Part shown: one piece after another, positions 19,199 through 26,978 of the stretch
Layout: the number at the start of each line of letters is the position of its first letter
Position numbering within the stretch: the first letter of the stretch is position 1
Virus record (IMG/VR): IMGVR_UViG_3300026118_000001
Span: 1 to 64,000 of that record
Reading direction: 5' to 3' (one strand)
Length of the DNA: 64,000 bases
DNA from: a virus
Notes under the pieces: generated by a model
The model's input: only the letters and a program-made list of their open reading frames with translations
Databases searched by the model: none
Told to the model about the DNA's origin: nothing
Position numbers and translations under genes: made by a program

Positions 19199-20149
19199 AT
19201 GAAAAGAGAAGGTTATTTATTTAATAAAATATGTTCAATAGATAATCTTATATTAGCTGAAAAGAAAGCTAGAAGAGGAAAAAGTAAACAAAGTGGTGTA
19301 AAAGAATTTGATTTAGATAGTGAAAATAAATTAATTCATTTACACCATTTATTAGTTAATAAAGAATTTATAACTTCTGAATATAATATATTTAGTTTGT
19401 TTGAAAAGAAAGTAAGAATTATATCAGAATTACCTTATTATCCAGACAGAATTGTGCATCATGCAATTATTAATATTATTGGTGATATATTTATAAAGTC
19501 TTTTACTAAAGATACTTATAGTTGTTTAAAGAATAGAGGTATTCACAAATGTTTGAATAATCTTAATAAAGCTTTAAAAAATAGGGAAGAAACTAAGTAT
19601 TGTTTGAAATTAGATATTAAAAAATATTTTCCTTTAATTAATCATGAGATTTTAAAAGATTTTATTAATAATAAAATTAAAGATGAAAATGTATTACAAT
19701 TATTATATGGAATTATAGATTCAAATAAATTAGGAATTCCTTTAGGAAATTATACTAGTCAATTATTTGGAAATATTTATTCTAACAGTTTACTTCATTA
19801 TTTAAAAGAAGAACTAAAAATTAAACATTTGTTTCTTTATTGTGATGATTTAGTTATTTTAGGGTCTAATAAAGATGAATTAAGAGTTATTTTAAATAAA
19901 ATTAGAATTTATTTAGACATTAATTTAAAACTTAGTCTTTCTAATTATCAAATATTTCCTGTAAAATCTAGAGGAATTGATTTTCTAGGATATGTCAGTT
20001 ATCATGATTGTATTTATTTAAGAAAAAGTATTAAAAATGATTATATTAAAATGATGAAGTATTATCCAAATAAAAAATCTAAAGCCAGTTATAATGGTTG
20101 GTTATTAGCTTGTAATAGTGTAAATTTAAGAAATAAATATGAAAAATGA
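19199..20149 (+). CDS. DGR reverse transcriptase
   Basis: DRIVHH, LKLDIKKYF, GIPLGNYTSQ (DGR-type SQ motif), YCDD, IDFLGY; 316 aa, no maturase or endonuclease domain. Confidence 0.95.
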   Translation: MKREGYLFNKICSIDNLILAEKKARRGKSKQSGVKEFDLDSENKLIHLHHLLVNKEFITSEYNIFSLFEKKVRIISELPYYPDRIVHHAIINIIGDIFIKSFTKDTYSCLKNRGIHKCLNNLNKALKNREETKYCLKLDIKKYFPLINHEILKDFINNKIKDENVLQLLYGIIDSNKLGIPLGNYTSQLFGNIYSNSLLHYLKEELKIKHLFLYCDDLVILGSNKDELRVILNKIRIYLDINLKLSLSNYQIFPVKSRGIDFLGYVSYHDCIYLRKSIKNDYIKMMKYYPNKKSKASYNGWLLACNSVNLRNKYEK

Positions 20150-20624
20150 TAATATAATTGAAATGCTTGAATCAAATGATAAAGACTGTGTTTATTTGGC
20201 TGTTTCAATGATTAGAAATTATTCTACATTACTATCTGTTGAAACTAAAAAATCTTTAAATAAAGTTTCTTTATTTGATAGAATTAAAAATTATTCAGAT
20301 GTTTGTAAAGATTTGGAGGAGGATGAATTAAAACTTTCTAATTTTAATTTTCTTTCAAAAGATTATAGAAAGAAAGCTTTTAATCAAGCTAAATTGCAAC
20401 AAATACAAAAATTATTTAATGGTGATTGGAAATTAGATTGGTCAGATATAACTCAATATAAATGGTTTCCTTATTTTGAAATAAAGGTTTCTGGTGGTAT
20501 TGGCTTTTATGTTTCTTATTTTCATACTTCTACTTTCGGTGATGCTCCTGCCTATTTTAAAGATGAAGAAACTTCAAATTTTGTAGGAAAATTATTTATA
20601 GATATTTATAAAGAATTAATGTAA
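20139..20624 (+). CDS. DGR target protein 2
   Basis: Contains VR2; overlaps the RT stop; paralog of target 1. Confidence 0.9.
   Translation: MKNDNIIEMLESNDKDCVYLAVSMIRNYSTLLSVETKKSLNKVSLFDRIKNYSDVCKDLEEDELKLSNFNFLSKDYRKKAFNQAKLQQIQKLFNGDWKLDWSDITQYKWFPYFEIKVSGGIGFYVSYFHTSTFGDAPAYFKDEETSNFVGKLFIDIYKELM
20487..20553 (+). repeat. variable repeat VR2
   Basis: 67-nt ungapped match to 20652..20718; all 14 mismatches at TR adenines. Confidence 0.95.
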
Positions 20625-20633
20625 TATTAATAA

Positions 20634-20811
20634 GGTTGAATATTAAATTTAGTTTCTAGTAGTATTAGCTTTAATGATTCTAATTATCATAATTCTAATT
20701 TCAATGATGAACCTACCTCTTACTTAATAATCATAATATTAACCGTAGCTATTGCTAAAAAATTAAATAATTTAAAAACTATATTAGTACCTTTATTGTG
20801 GAAAGTTTGGT
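20634..20811 (+). ncRNA. DGR template RNA 2 (TR2 with structured flanks)
   Basis: Stem 20634-45/20734-44 encloses TR2; hairpin 20746-57; stem 20778-811; same layout as template RNA 1. Confidence 0.7.
20652..20718 (+). repeat. template repeat TR2
   Basis: AAT-rich non-coding copy of VR2, 21 adenines. Confidence 0.95.
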
Positions 20812-21002
20812 AATTAAAGTAATATTAAAACATTAGCTTCTAGGCCAGAAGATCGAAACTCTTGAAACGCTTAATTATTAAAACGTACCAGTTTATCATG
20901 GAAATTGATAGAACGTAAGTAATAATATTTCAACTAGAACGTTAGCTAGACTGTTTATGGTTATCAGTGAGTAAAACCATTTATAATTAAATAATAAATA
21001 TA

Positions 21003-21233
21003 ATGGCTAGATTTAATAGTAATATAGAGATTTGTAACAAACTTATAGATTTCTTTAATAAAGAAGAATGTAAAGACATTAGATTCTTTCAAGCTTTACA
21101 AATATTAAAATTACAAGATATTATTATACTTGAAGATATAAATCATTCTTATATAGAAGATAATTTTAATGAAGAATCATTAACAACATTAAAGAAAATA
21201 ATAGAATATGAAAAAACAATTAATAGCAAATAG
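21003..21233 (+). CDS. hypothetical protein
   Basis: DIRFFQAL...DNFNEES pattern seen in small phage proteins. Confidence 0.6.
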   Translation: MARFNSNIEICNKLIDFFNKEECKDIRFFQALQILKLQDIIILEDINHSYIEDNFNEESLTTLKKIIEYEKTINSK

Positions 21234-21591
21234 AATATTATGTTTATTGTGTGATGATTTAATTCAAAGTAAACATGGACATGATATGCAATGGTGTAAT
21301 TGTCATTCTGTTGCTACTGATGGTGGATTGAATTATTTAAAAAGAAGTGGAGAATCATATAATTATATTGATGCTTCTATTTATTCTGATGACCATTTAA
21401 TAATTAGAGAATATTTAATCTGGGGAGTTAATTATGATAAAAATATGAATAGATTACCTGATACAATATTTAAACCAATTATGGAGTTGGAATCAGATCA
21501 TATTCAAGCAATATTAGCTACTCAAACTCATATTTCAGAATTATATAAAACTACTTTTGAAAAAGAATTAAAATATAGAAATGGAAAATAA
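21208..21591 (+). CDS. zinc-binding phage protein
   Basis: CLLC...S-x-H-x-HD...C-x-C...DGG-x-x-Y-x-x-R. Confidence 0.7.
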   Translation: MKKQLIANRILCLLCDDLIQSKHGHDMQWCNCHSVATDGGLNYLKRSGESYNYIDASIYSDDHLIIREYLIWGVNYDKNMNRLPDTIFKPIMELESDHIQAILATQTHISELYKTTFEKELKYRNGK

Positions 21592-22708
21592 TGATTCAGT
21601 TTGCTTTATAGCAAAAATCAATAAAATATCTTCAATTGAAAATGCTGATAAAATAGAATTAGCTACATTAAATGGATGGACATCAATAGTTCAAAAGAAT
21701 ATACATAAAGAAGGAGATTTAGTTTTATGTATAACTACGGATGCTGTAATTAGTCAAGATTTATGTGATAAATGGGGAATAATAAGTTATCTTAGGAAAG
21801 GTAATAGAGTTAGAACAGTTAAATTAAAAGGTGTTTATAGTGAATGTATTTTAATTCCTTTATTTGATTTACCGTTTATATCAACTATTAGATATAAAGA
21901 AGGTGAAGATTTAATGGAAAAATTAAAAATATTTAAATATGAACCTCCAGTAATTGTGACTCAAGACTCTAAAGGAAGGAAACATAAATATCATCAAAAT
22001 CCTAATTTTCATATTTATTACAAATTTCCTAATCAAAAGAATGTTCCTAATATGTTTAATGAAGATGATGATGTTGTAATAACTAGAAAAATACATGGTA
22101 CAAATGCCAGATACGGTATAGTTAAAAAATCTAAATTAACTATTCTAGATAGAATTAAGAAATTCTTTGGTAATAAATGGATTGAATATGAGTATATTTA
22201 TGGCTCTCACAATGTAGAAAAGGGTTCAGATTCTCAAGGATTTTATTCTACAGATGTTTGGAAGGAAATAGCTGATAAATATGATATTAAGAATAAACTT
22301 TGGTTTCTAGTTAAAAACTGTCCCGAGTTTAAAGGAGGAATTACTATTTATGGAGAAATTTATGGAGAAGGAATTCAAGGAGAAAAATATTCTTATGGAT
22401 TAAAAACTAAAGAACTTAAAATATTTGATATTGAACTTAATTCATTATATGTAGATCATTTTAGTTTTTGTGCTTTAAATCATGGTTATTTAAATTCATT
22501 ACCAATGGTAGAAGAACTTTATATAGGTAAATGGAATAAAGAAATTCAGAATGCTTTTGTAAATAATCAATTTATAGAAGGAACTAAAATTCCACATGAA
22601 GGAATAATTTGCAAGCATATTTCTGGAAATAGACAAAAGATTTCAAAAGTAATTAATCCAGATTATTTAATATTTGGAGAAAAACATTTAGTACCAGATT
22701 CACATTAA
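21581..22708 (+). CDS. RNA ligase (Rnl2 / DRB0094-like)
   Basis: N-terminal IENADKIE OB-like domain; motif I RKIHGTN, YGEIYG, IFDI, HEGII, KVINPDY. Confidence 0.88.
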   Translation: MENNDSVCFIAKINKISSIENADKIELATLNGWTSIVQKNIHKEGDLVLCITTDAVISQDLCDKWGIISYLRKGNRVRTVKLKGVYSECILIPLFDLPFISTIRYKEGEDLMEKLKIFKYEPPVIVTQDSKGRKHKYHQNPNFHIYYKFPNQKNVPNMFNEDDDVVITRKIHGTNARYGIVKKSKLTILDRIKKFFGNKWIEYEYIYGSHNVEKGSDSQGFYSTDVWKEIADKYDIKNKLWFLVKNCPEFKGGITIYGEIYGEGIQGEKYSYGLKTKELKIFDIELNSLYVDHFSFCALNHGYLNSLPMVEELYIGKWNKEIQNAFVNNQFIEGTKIPHEGIICKHISGNRQKISKVINPDYLIFGEKHLVPDSH

Positions 22709-22709
22709 C

Positions 22710-23231
22710 ATGAAAGAAATAATAATATGTATAGGAATTAGTGGTTCAGGTAAATCAACTTGGACTACTAATTTTATTAAAGAAAATTCTAATTATTTAA
22801 GAATTAATCGTGACTCAATCAGATTAACTTTAGTTGGTAATTTAGATGGTTATTATCAGAGAAAAGATTTAAATTATATTGAAAGAGATGTAACTAGACT
22901 AGAAGATGAGTTTTATAAACATTTAAGTTTAAGTGGATTTAATATAATTATTGATAATACTAATTTAACTGAAAAATATATTAATAGATGGATTAATTTA
23001 TCCAATTGTTTAAAATTAGATGCTAGAATTAATTTAAAATTTAAATTATTTGATATAACATTAGAAGAAGCTAAAGAGAATGTTATTAATAGAGAAGACT
23101 ATTATACTCCAGCATTAACTCCTCATTACAAATATCATCAAGATAAGGTTGAATATATTGATAAACAATTTGAGCAATATAAACAAATAAAAAAGTTTAT
23201 TGAAGAAAATTATAAAGATAAAATAATATGA
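22710..23231 (+). CDS. polynucleotide kinase (P-loop, AAA_33)
   Basis: GISGSGKST, INRDSIR, IIDNTN as in the T4 Pnk kinase domain. Confidence 0.85.
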   Translation: MKEIIICIGISGSGKSTWTTNFIKENSNYLRINRDSIRLTLVGNLDGYYQRKDLNYIERDVTRLEDEFYKHLSLSGFNIIIDNTNLTEKYINRWINLSNCLKLDARINLKFKLFDITLEEAKENVINREDYYTPALTPHYKYHQDKVEYIDKQFEQYKQIKKFIEENYKDKII

Positions 23232-23863
23232 AAAATATATTTTTTACTTCAGATACTCATTTTCATCATAAAAATATAGTTAGAGGAACAACTGAATGGA
23301 TAGCTCAAGAGGAAGGTTCTAATCATGGAATTCAATCTTTAAGATATTTTAATACTTTGGAGGAACATGATGAAGCATTGATTAAATCTATTAATTCTAT
23401 AGTTAAATATGATGATGTATTATATCATTTGGGTGATTGGAGCTTTGGTGGACATGAACAAATTAAAAAGTTTAGAGATAGACTAGAATGTAGAGAGATA
23501 CATTTAATATTTGGAAATCATGACCAACATATAGAACCTATTTCTAGTCCTTATAGAGAATGTTTCAATTCAACTCAATATTATTTAGAATTAGATATGA
23601 AAATTGATTCTCAAAAGTCTGGTAAATATGTAAAAACTAATATAGTTTTATCTCATTATTCTCATCAAGTTTGGAATAAATCTCATAAAGGAGCAATTCA
23701 TTTGTTTGGGCATTCTCATGGAAGTTTAAAAGGTATTGGTAAATCAATGGATGTTGGAGTTGATACTAATAATTTATATCCTTATCATTTAGATGAAATA
23801 TTAGATATTATGAAGAATGTAAAAACTGAAATTGTAGATCATCACAGTTCAAATACAAATTAA
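23228..23863 (+). CDS. calcineurin-like phosphoesterase
   Basis: SDTHFHH, LGD, GNHD, SHY, GHSH, DVGVD. Confidence 0.88.
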   Translation: MKNIFFTSDTHFHHKNIVRGTTEWIAQEEGSNHGIQSLRYFNTLEEHDEALIKSINSIVKYDDVLYHLGDWSFGGHEQIKKFRDRLECREIHLIFGNHDQHIEPISSPYRECFNSTQYYLELDMKIDSQKSGKYVKTNIVLSHYSHQVWNKSHKGAIHLFGHSHGSLKGIGKSMDVGVDTNNLYPYHLDEILDIMKNVKTEIVDHHSSNTN

Positions 23864-24090
23864 TGTCAAGAAGTAAACGTAAACCCATAATTAAAGAAAA
23901 ACCCAGAAATAGAAAAGCTTCTACTTATTATAGAAGAGTTAGAAGAGTTATTAATCAAGCAGTTAAATCATTTAAAGAGATTATTCCTGAATCAAGAGAA
24001 ATAGTTAATGATTATGATTATTGTGATTATACTTTTGGTAAAGATGGATTTAAAGATGAAGAAGATAAAATAAAGTATTCTAGGAAATGA
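23863..24090 (+). CDS. small basic protein
   Basis: MSRSKRKP...; coupled on both sides. Confidence 0.55.
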   Translation: MSRSKRKPIIKEKPRNRKASTYYRRVRRVINQAVKSFKEIIPESREIVNDYDYCDYTFGKDGFKDEEDKIKYSRK

Positions 24091-24338
24091 ATAGAAAATA
24101 TAAACCTATTTTACAATATGATTTAAAAGGAAATTTTATTAAAGAATGGACTAATGTAGAAGAAATTGTATTAAATTTTAAAACTGTAAGACAAAATTTT
24201 TCAAAATGTTTAAATAATAAACAAAGAACTGCTGAAGGTTTTAAATGGAAATATAAGTGGAAAAAGATAAAATTAAATATTCAAGAAAATGAAAGTAATA
24301 AAATATCCAGATGGACAAGTAAATGTTCAAATAAGTGA
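24087..24338 (+). CDS. stand-alone NUMOD1-like DNA-binding domain (homing endonuclease remnant?)
   Basis: KPILQYDLKGNFIKEW...AEGFKWKYK matches the repeats in 7921..8775; no nuclease domain. Confidence 0.7.
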   Translation: MNRKYKPILQYDLKGNFIKEWTNVEEIVLNFKTVRQNFSKCLNNKQRTAEGFKWKYKWKKIKLNIQENESNKISRWTSKCSNK

Positions 24339-25056
24339 TGTTGAATCAAAAATATCTATGAGAATAAATTCTTATGAAGATTTATTTGTATTAAAAGCAA
24401 TAAAAGAAATATCTGATTATACAAATCATTTAAAATATAAAGAATTATTTATTCCTTGTTTATTTGGTCAGAGATCTGATAGAAGATTTAGTGAAAATGA
24501 ATCATTTGGATTAAAAATTATATGTGATTTTATTAATTCAATGAATTTTAATAGAGTTAAAATCTTTGATCCTCATAGTGACGTAAGTTTGGCATTAATT
24601 AATAATTCAGAAAAGATTAGTTCATTTAGTTATGTTAAGGATTCTATATTTTATATTAAAAATTCATTTTTAAACTGTAAAACAGATGATTTAATTTTAG
24701 TTAGTCCTGATGCTGGAGCTTATAAGAAGGTATTTAAATATGCAGAAGATTTAAATTTACCTTTAGTTGCAGCTAATAAATTTAGGAATTTGAAGGGTGA
24801 AGTTACACTTAATATATTAGGTGATGTTAAAGGTAAGAATTGTTTAATAGTTGATGATATTTTAGATGGAGGTTATACTTTTCATTTATTAGCTAAACAA
24901 CTTAAAGAACAAGGTGCAATTAAAGTTTTTCTTTATATCTCTCATGCTTATTTTAATAAAGGAATAGATTTCACTGAACATATAGATAGTTTTTATTGTA
25001 CTAATTCAGTGAAGGATATAGATGATCTTAAAGTAACACAATTTAAAATAATATAA
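24289..25056 (+). CDS. prs: ribose-phosphate pyrophosphokinase-like protein (possible ADPR-PP synthetase)
   Basis: YPDG, RSDRRF, DPHS, VSPDAGA, LIVDDILDGGYT, SH. Confidence 0.88.
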   Translation: MKVIKYPDGQVNVQISDVESKISMRINSYEDLFVLKAIKEISDYTNHLKYKELFIPCLFGQRSDRRFSENESFGLKIICDFINSMNFNRVKIFDPHSDVSLALINNSEKISSFSYVKDSIFYIKNSFLNCKTDDLILVSPDAGAYKKVFKYAEDLNLPLVAANKFRNLKGEVTLNILGDVKGKNCLIVDDILDGGYTFHLLAKQLKEQGAIKVFLYISHAYFNKGIDFTEHIDSFYCTNSVKDIDDLKVTQFKII

Positions 25057-25469
25057 TGGATGAATATTTAGTAGAAGGAAAATCATATGAAAGATTATAT
25101 GATGAATATAAGAGATATGGCAGTTTATATGGAGCTTTTGATTTTGATGGTACAATACATGATTATCATAAAACAGGGGCTTCATATGAATTAGTAAAAC
25201 AATTGATTAGAGATTTATATTCTATTAATTGTAAATTAGATTGTTGGATAGCTTATATAGATCATAGTTATGTTATTTCTTTTTTAAAAGAACATAATAT
25301 ACCTTATGAAAAAATTAATAGTGATGGAATACCATTATCTTGGACAAGTAGAAAACCTTTTCATTCATTTTTATTAGATGATAGAGCAGGTTTAATTCAA
25401 GTATATAATGATTTAAAAAAATTAATACAAACAGTAAAAAATGAAAATAAATCCAATAATACTTTGTGA
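25056..25469 (+). CDS. HAD-family phosphatase-like protein
   Basis: FDFDGTI motif I, KP, LLDDRAG motif IV. Confidence 0.7.
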   Translation: MDEYLVEGKSYERLYDEYKRYGSLYGAFDFDGTIHDYHKTGASYELVKQLIRDLYSINCKLDCWIAYIDHSYVISFLKEHNIPYEKINSDGIPLSWTSRKPFHSFLLDDRAGLIQVYNDLKKLIQTVKNENKSNNTL

Positions 25470-26922
25470 TGGTTACAAGGTTGGACATAAAAAAATGTAT
25501 CCAAAAGGTACAACATTAGTATATAGTAATTATACTTGTAGAACTGTTAAAAGAATGCCAGTTGAAGCCGAAGATATAGTTGTATTTGGAACTCAATATA
25601 TGATTAAATATATTAATGATGTATTTAAAAATGATTTTTTTGGTGTTTCTAAAGAAATTGTTTGTGGAGAAGCTAAAGAATATTTAACTAATTATTTAGG
25701 AAGTGAATATGATGTTTCTCATTTTGAAGCTTTACATGATTTAGGTTATTTACCTATTGAAATTAAAGCTTTAGAAGAAGGAACTATCATACAAGCAGGT
25801 ATTCCATTATTTACAATTAAAAATACATTACCAGAGTTTTTCTGGGTAACAAATTATTTGGAAACTTTAATTTCTACTTTAATTTGGAAACCAGTTCATT
25901 CAGCAAGTTTAGCTTATGGTTATAAAAAACTATTAACTAAATATGCTTTAGAAACTGATAAAGATAATATAGGGTTTGTTGATTTTCAAGGTCATGATTT
26001 TAGCTTTAGAGGAATGCAATCTCCTGAATCAGCAATTAGTTCAGCAATGGGCTTTTTAACTAGTTTTAAAGGTACAGATACAGTTCCAGCATTACAAGCT
26101 TTAAGTTATTATTATAAAGAAAATAATACAGCTTTTAGTGTTCCAGCTAGTGAACATTCAGTAATGTGTTCTCATGGTAAAGAGGGAGAGATAAATACAT
26201 TAGAATATTTAATGGATCAATATCCAAAAGGTATTTTAAGTGTTGTTTCTGATACTTGGGATTTGTGGAAACTTTTAACTGAATATTTACCTAAATTGAA
26301 AGATAGAATTATGTCTAGAGATGGTAAATTAGTAATTAGACCTGATTCTGGAGATCCTGTTGATATTATTTGTGGAATTAATACAAGAAAAGATCCTGAT
26401 AATAGATATGGTAAATTAAAAGACACACCTGAATATAAAGGTGTAATTGAATTACTTTGGGATATTTTTGGTGGAACTATAAATGAACAAAGATATAAAG
26501 TCTTAGATAGTCATATAGGAGCTATTTATGGTGATTCAATTACTTTAGAGAGGGCTCAACAGATTTGTGAAAGACTTAAAGCTAAAGGATTTGCTAGTAC
26601 TAACATTGTTTTAGGTATTGGTAGTTATTCAATGGGATATGCAACTAGAGATAATCAAGGAGGAGCTGTTAAGTCTACTTATGTAGAAGTTAATGGTGAA
26701 GCTAGAGAAATCTTTAAAGATCCAATAACTGATGATGGGACTAAAAAGTCTGCTAAAGGCTTGTTGAGAGTAAATATGAACGGTGATTATTCTTTATATT
26801 TAAAAGATCAATGTTCTTGGAAAGAAGAAGTTGGTGGTGGATTAACTACTATTTATAAAGATGGAGTATTAATCAAAGAAGTTACTTTATCTGAAATAAG
26901 AGAAAGAATAATAAAAGGTTGA
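25441..26922 (+). CDS. nadV: nicotinamide phosphoribosyltransferase-like protein
   Basis: DGYKVGH, HDFSFRG, GTDT, ASEHSVM, SVVSDTWD, IRPDSGDP, YGDSIT, KDPITD..KKSAKG. Confidence 0.92.
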   Translation: MKINPIILCDGYKVGHKKMYPKGTTLVYSNYTCRTVKRMPVEAEDIVVFGTQYMIKYINDVFKNDFFGVSKEIVCGEAKEYLTNYLGSEYDVSHFEALHDLGYLPIEIKALEEGTIIQAGIPLFTIKNTLPEFFWVTNYLETLISTLIWKPVHSASLAYGYKKLLTKYALETDKDNIGFVDFQGHDFSFRGMQSPESAISSAMGFLTSFKGTDTVPALQALSYYYKENNTAFSVPASEHSVMCSHGKEGEINTLEYLMDQYPKGILSVVSDTWDLWKLLTEYLPKLKDRIMSRDGKLVIRPDSGDPVDIICGINTRKDPDNRYGKLKDTPEYKGVIELLWDIFGGTINEQRYKVLDSHIGAIYGDSITLERAQQICERLKAKGFASTNIVLGIGSYSMGYATRDNQGGAVKSTYVEVNGEAREIFKDPITDDGTKKSAKGLLRVNMNGDYSLYLKDQCSWKEEVGGGLTTIYKDGVLIKEVTLSEIRERIIKG

Positions 26923-26940
26923 TAAAGTGAAGTTGAAATT

Positions 26941-26977
26941 AATACACTCTCTAGTTTATGGTGCTAGAGAGTGTATT
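26941..26977. terminator. bidirectional intrinsic terminator between the converging arms
   Basis: Perfect 14-bp inverted repeat AATACACTCTCTAG / CTAGAGAGTGTATT with T-rich tails. Confidence 0.85.
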
Positions 26978-26978
26978 T

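Larger units (their letters stand above)
18468..20811 (+). mobile_element. diversity-generating retroelement, Target1-TR1-RT-Target2-TR2
   Basis: DGR-type RT plus two independent TR/VR pairs with adenine-specific mismatches. Confidence 0.93.

Noticed and set aside
19199-20149. RT as a group II intron, retron or Abi RT
   Set aside because: It has the DGR-type LGNYTSQ motif, no maturase domain or retron VTG motif, and two A-specific TR/VR pairs flank it
20563-20575. Hairpin TGAAG-AAA-CTTCA after VR2 as a DGR target-recognition hairpin
   Set aside because: Only 5 bp, inside coding sequence, and no equivalent after VR1
20846-20859. CAGAAGA-TC-GAAAC as a hammerhead ribozyme core
   Set aside because: Mismatch to CUGANGA and no room for stem II
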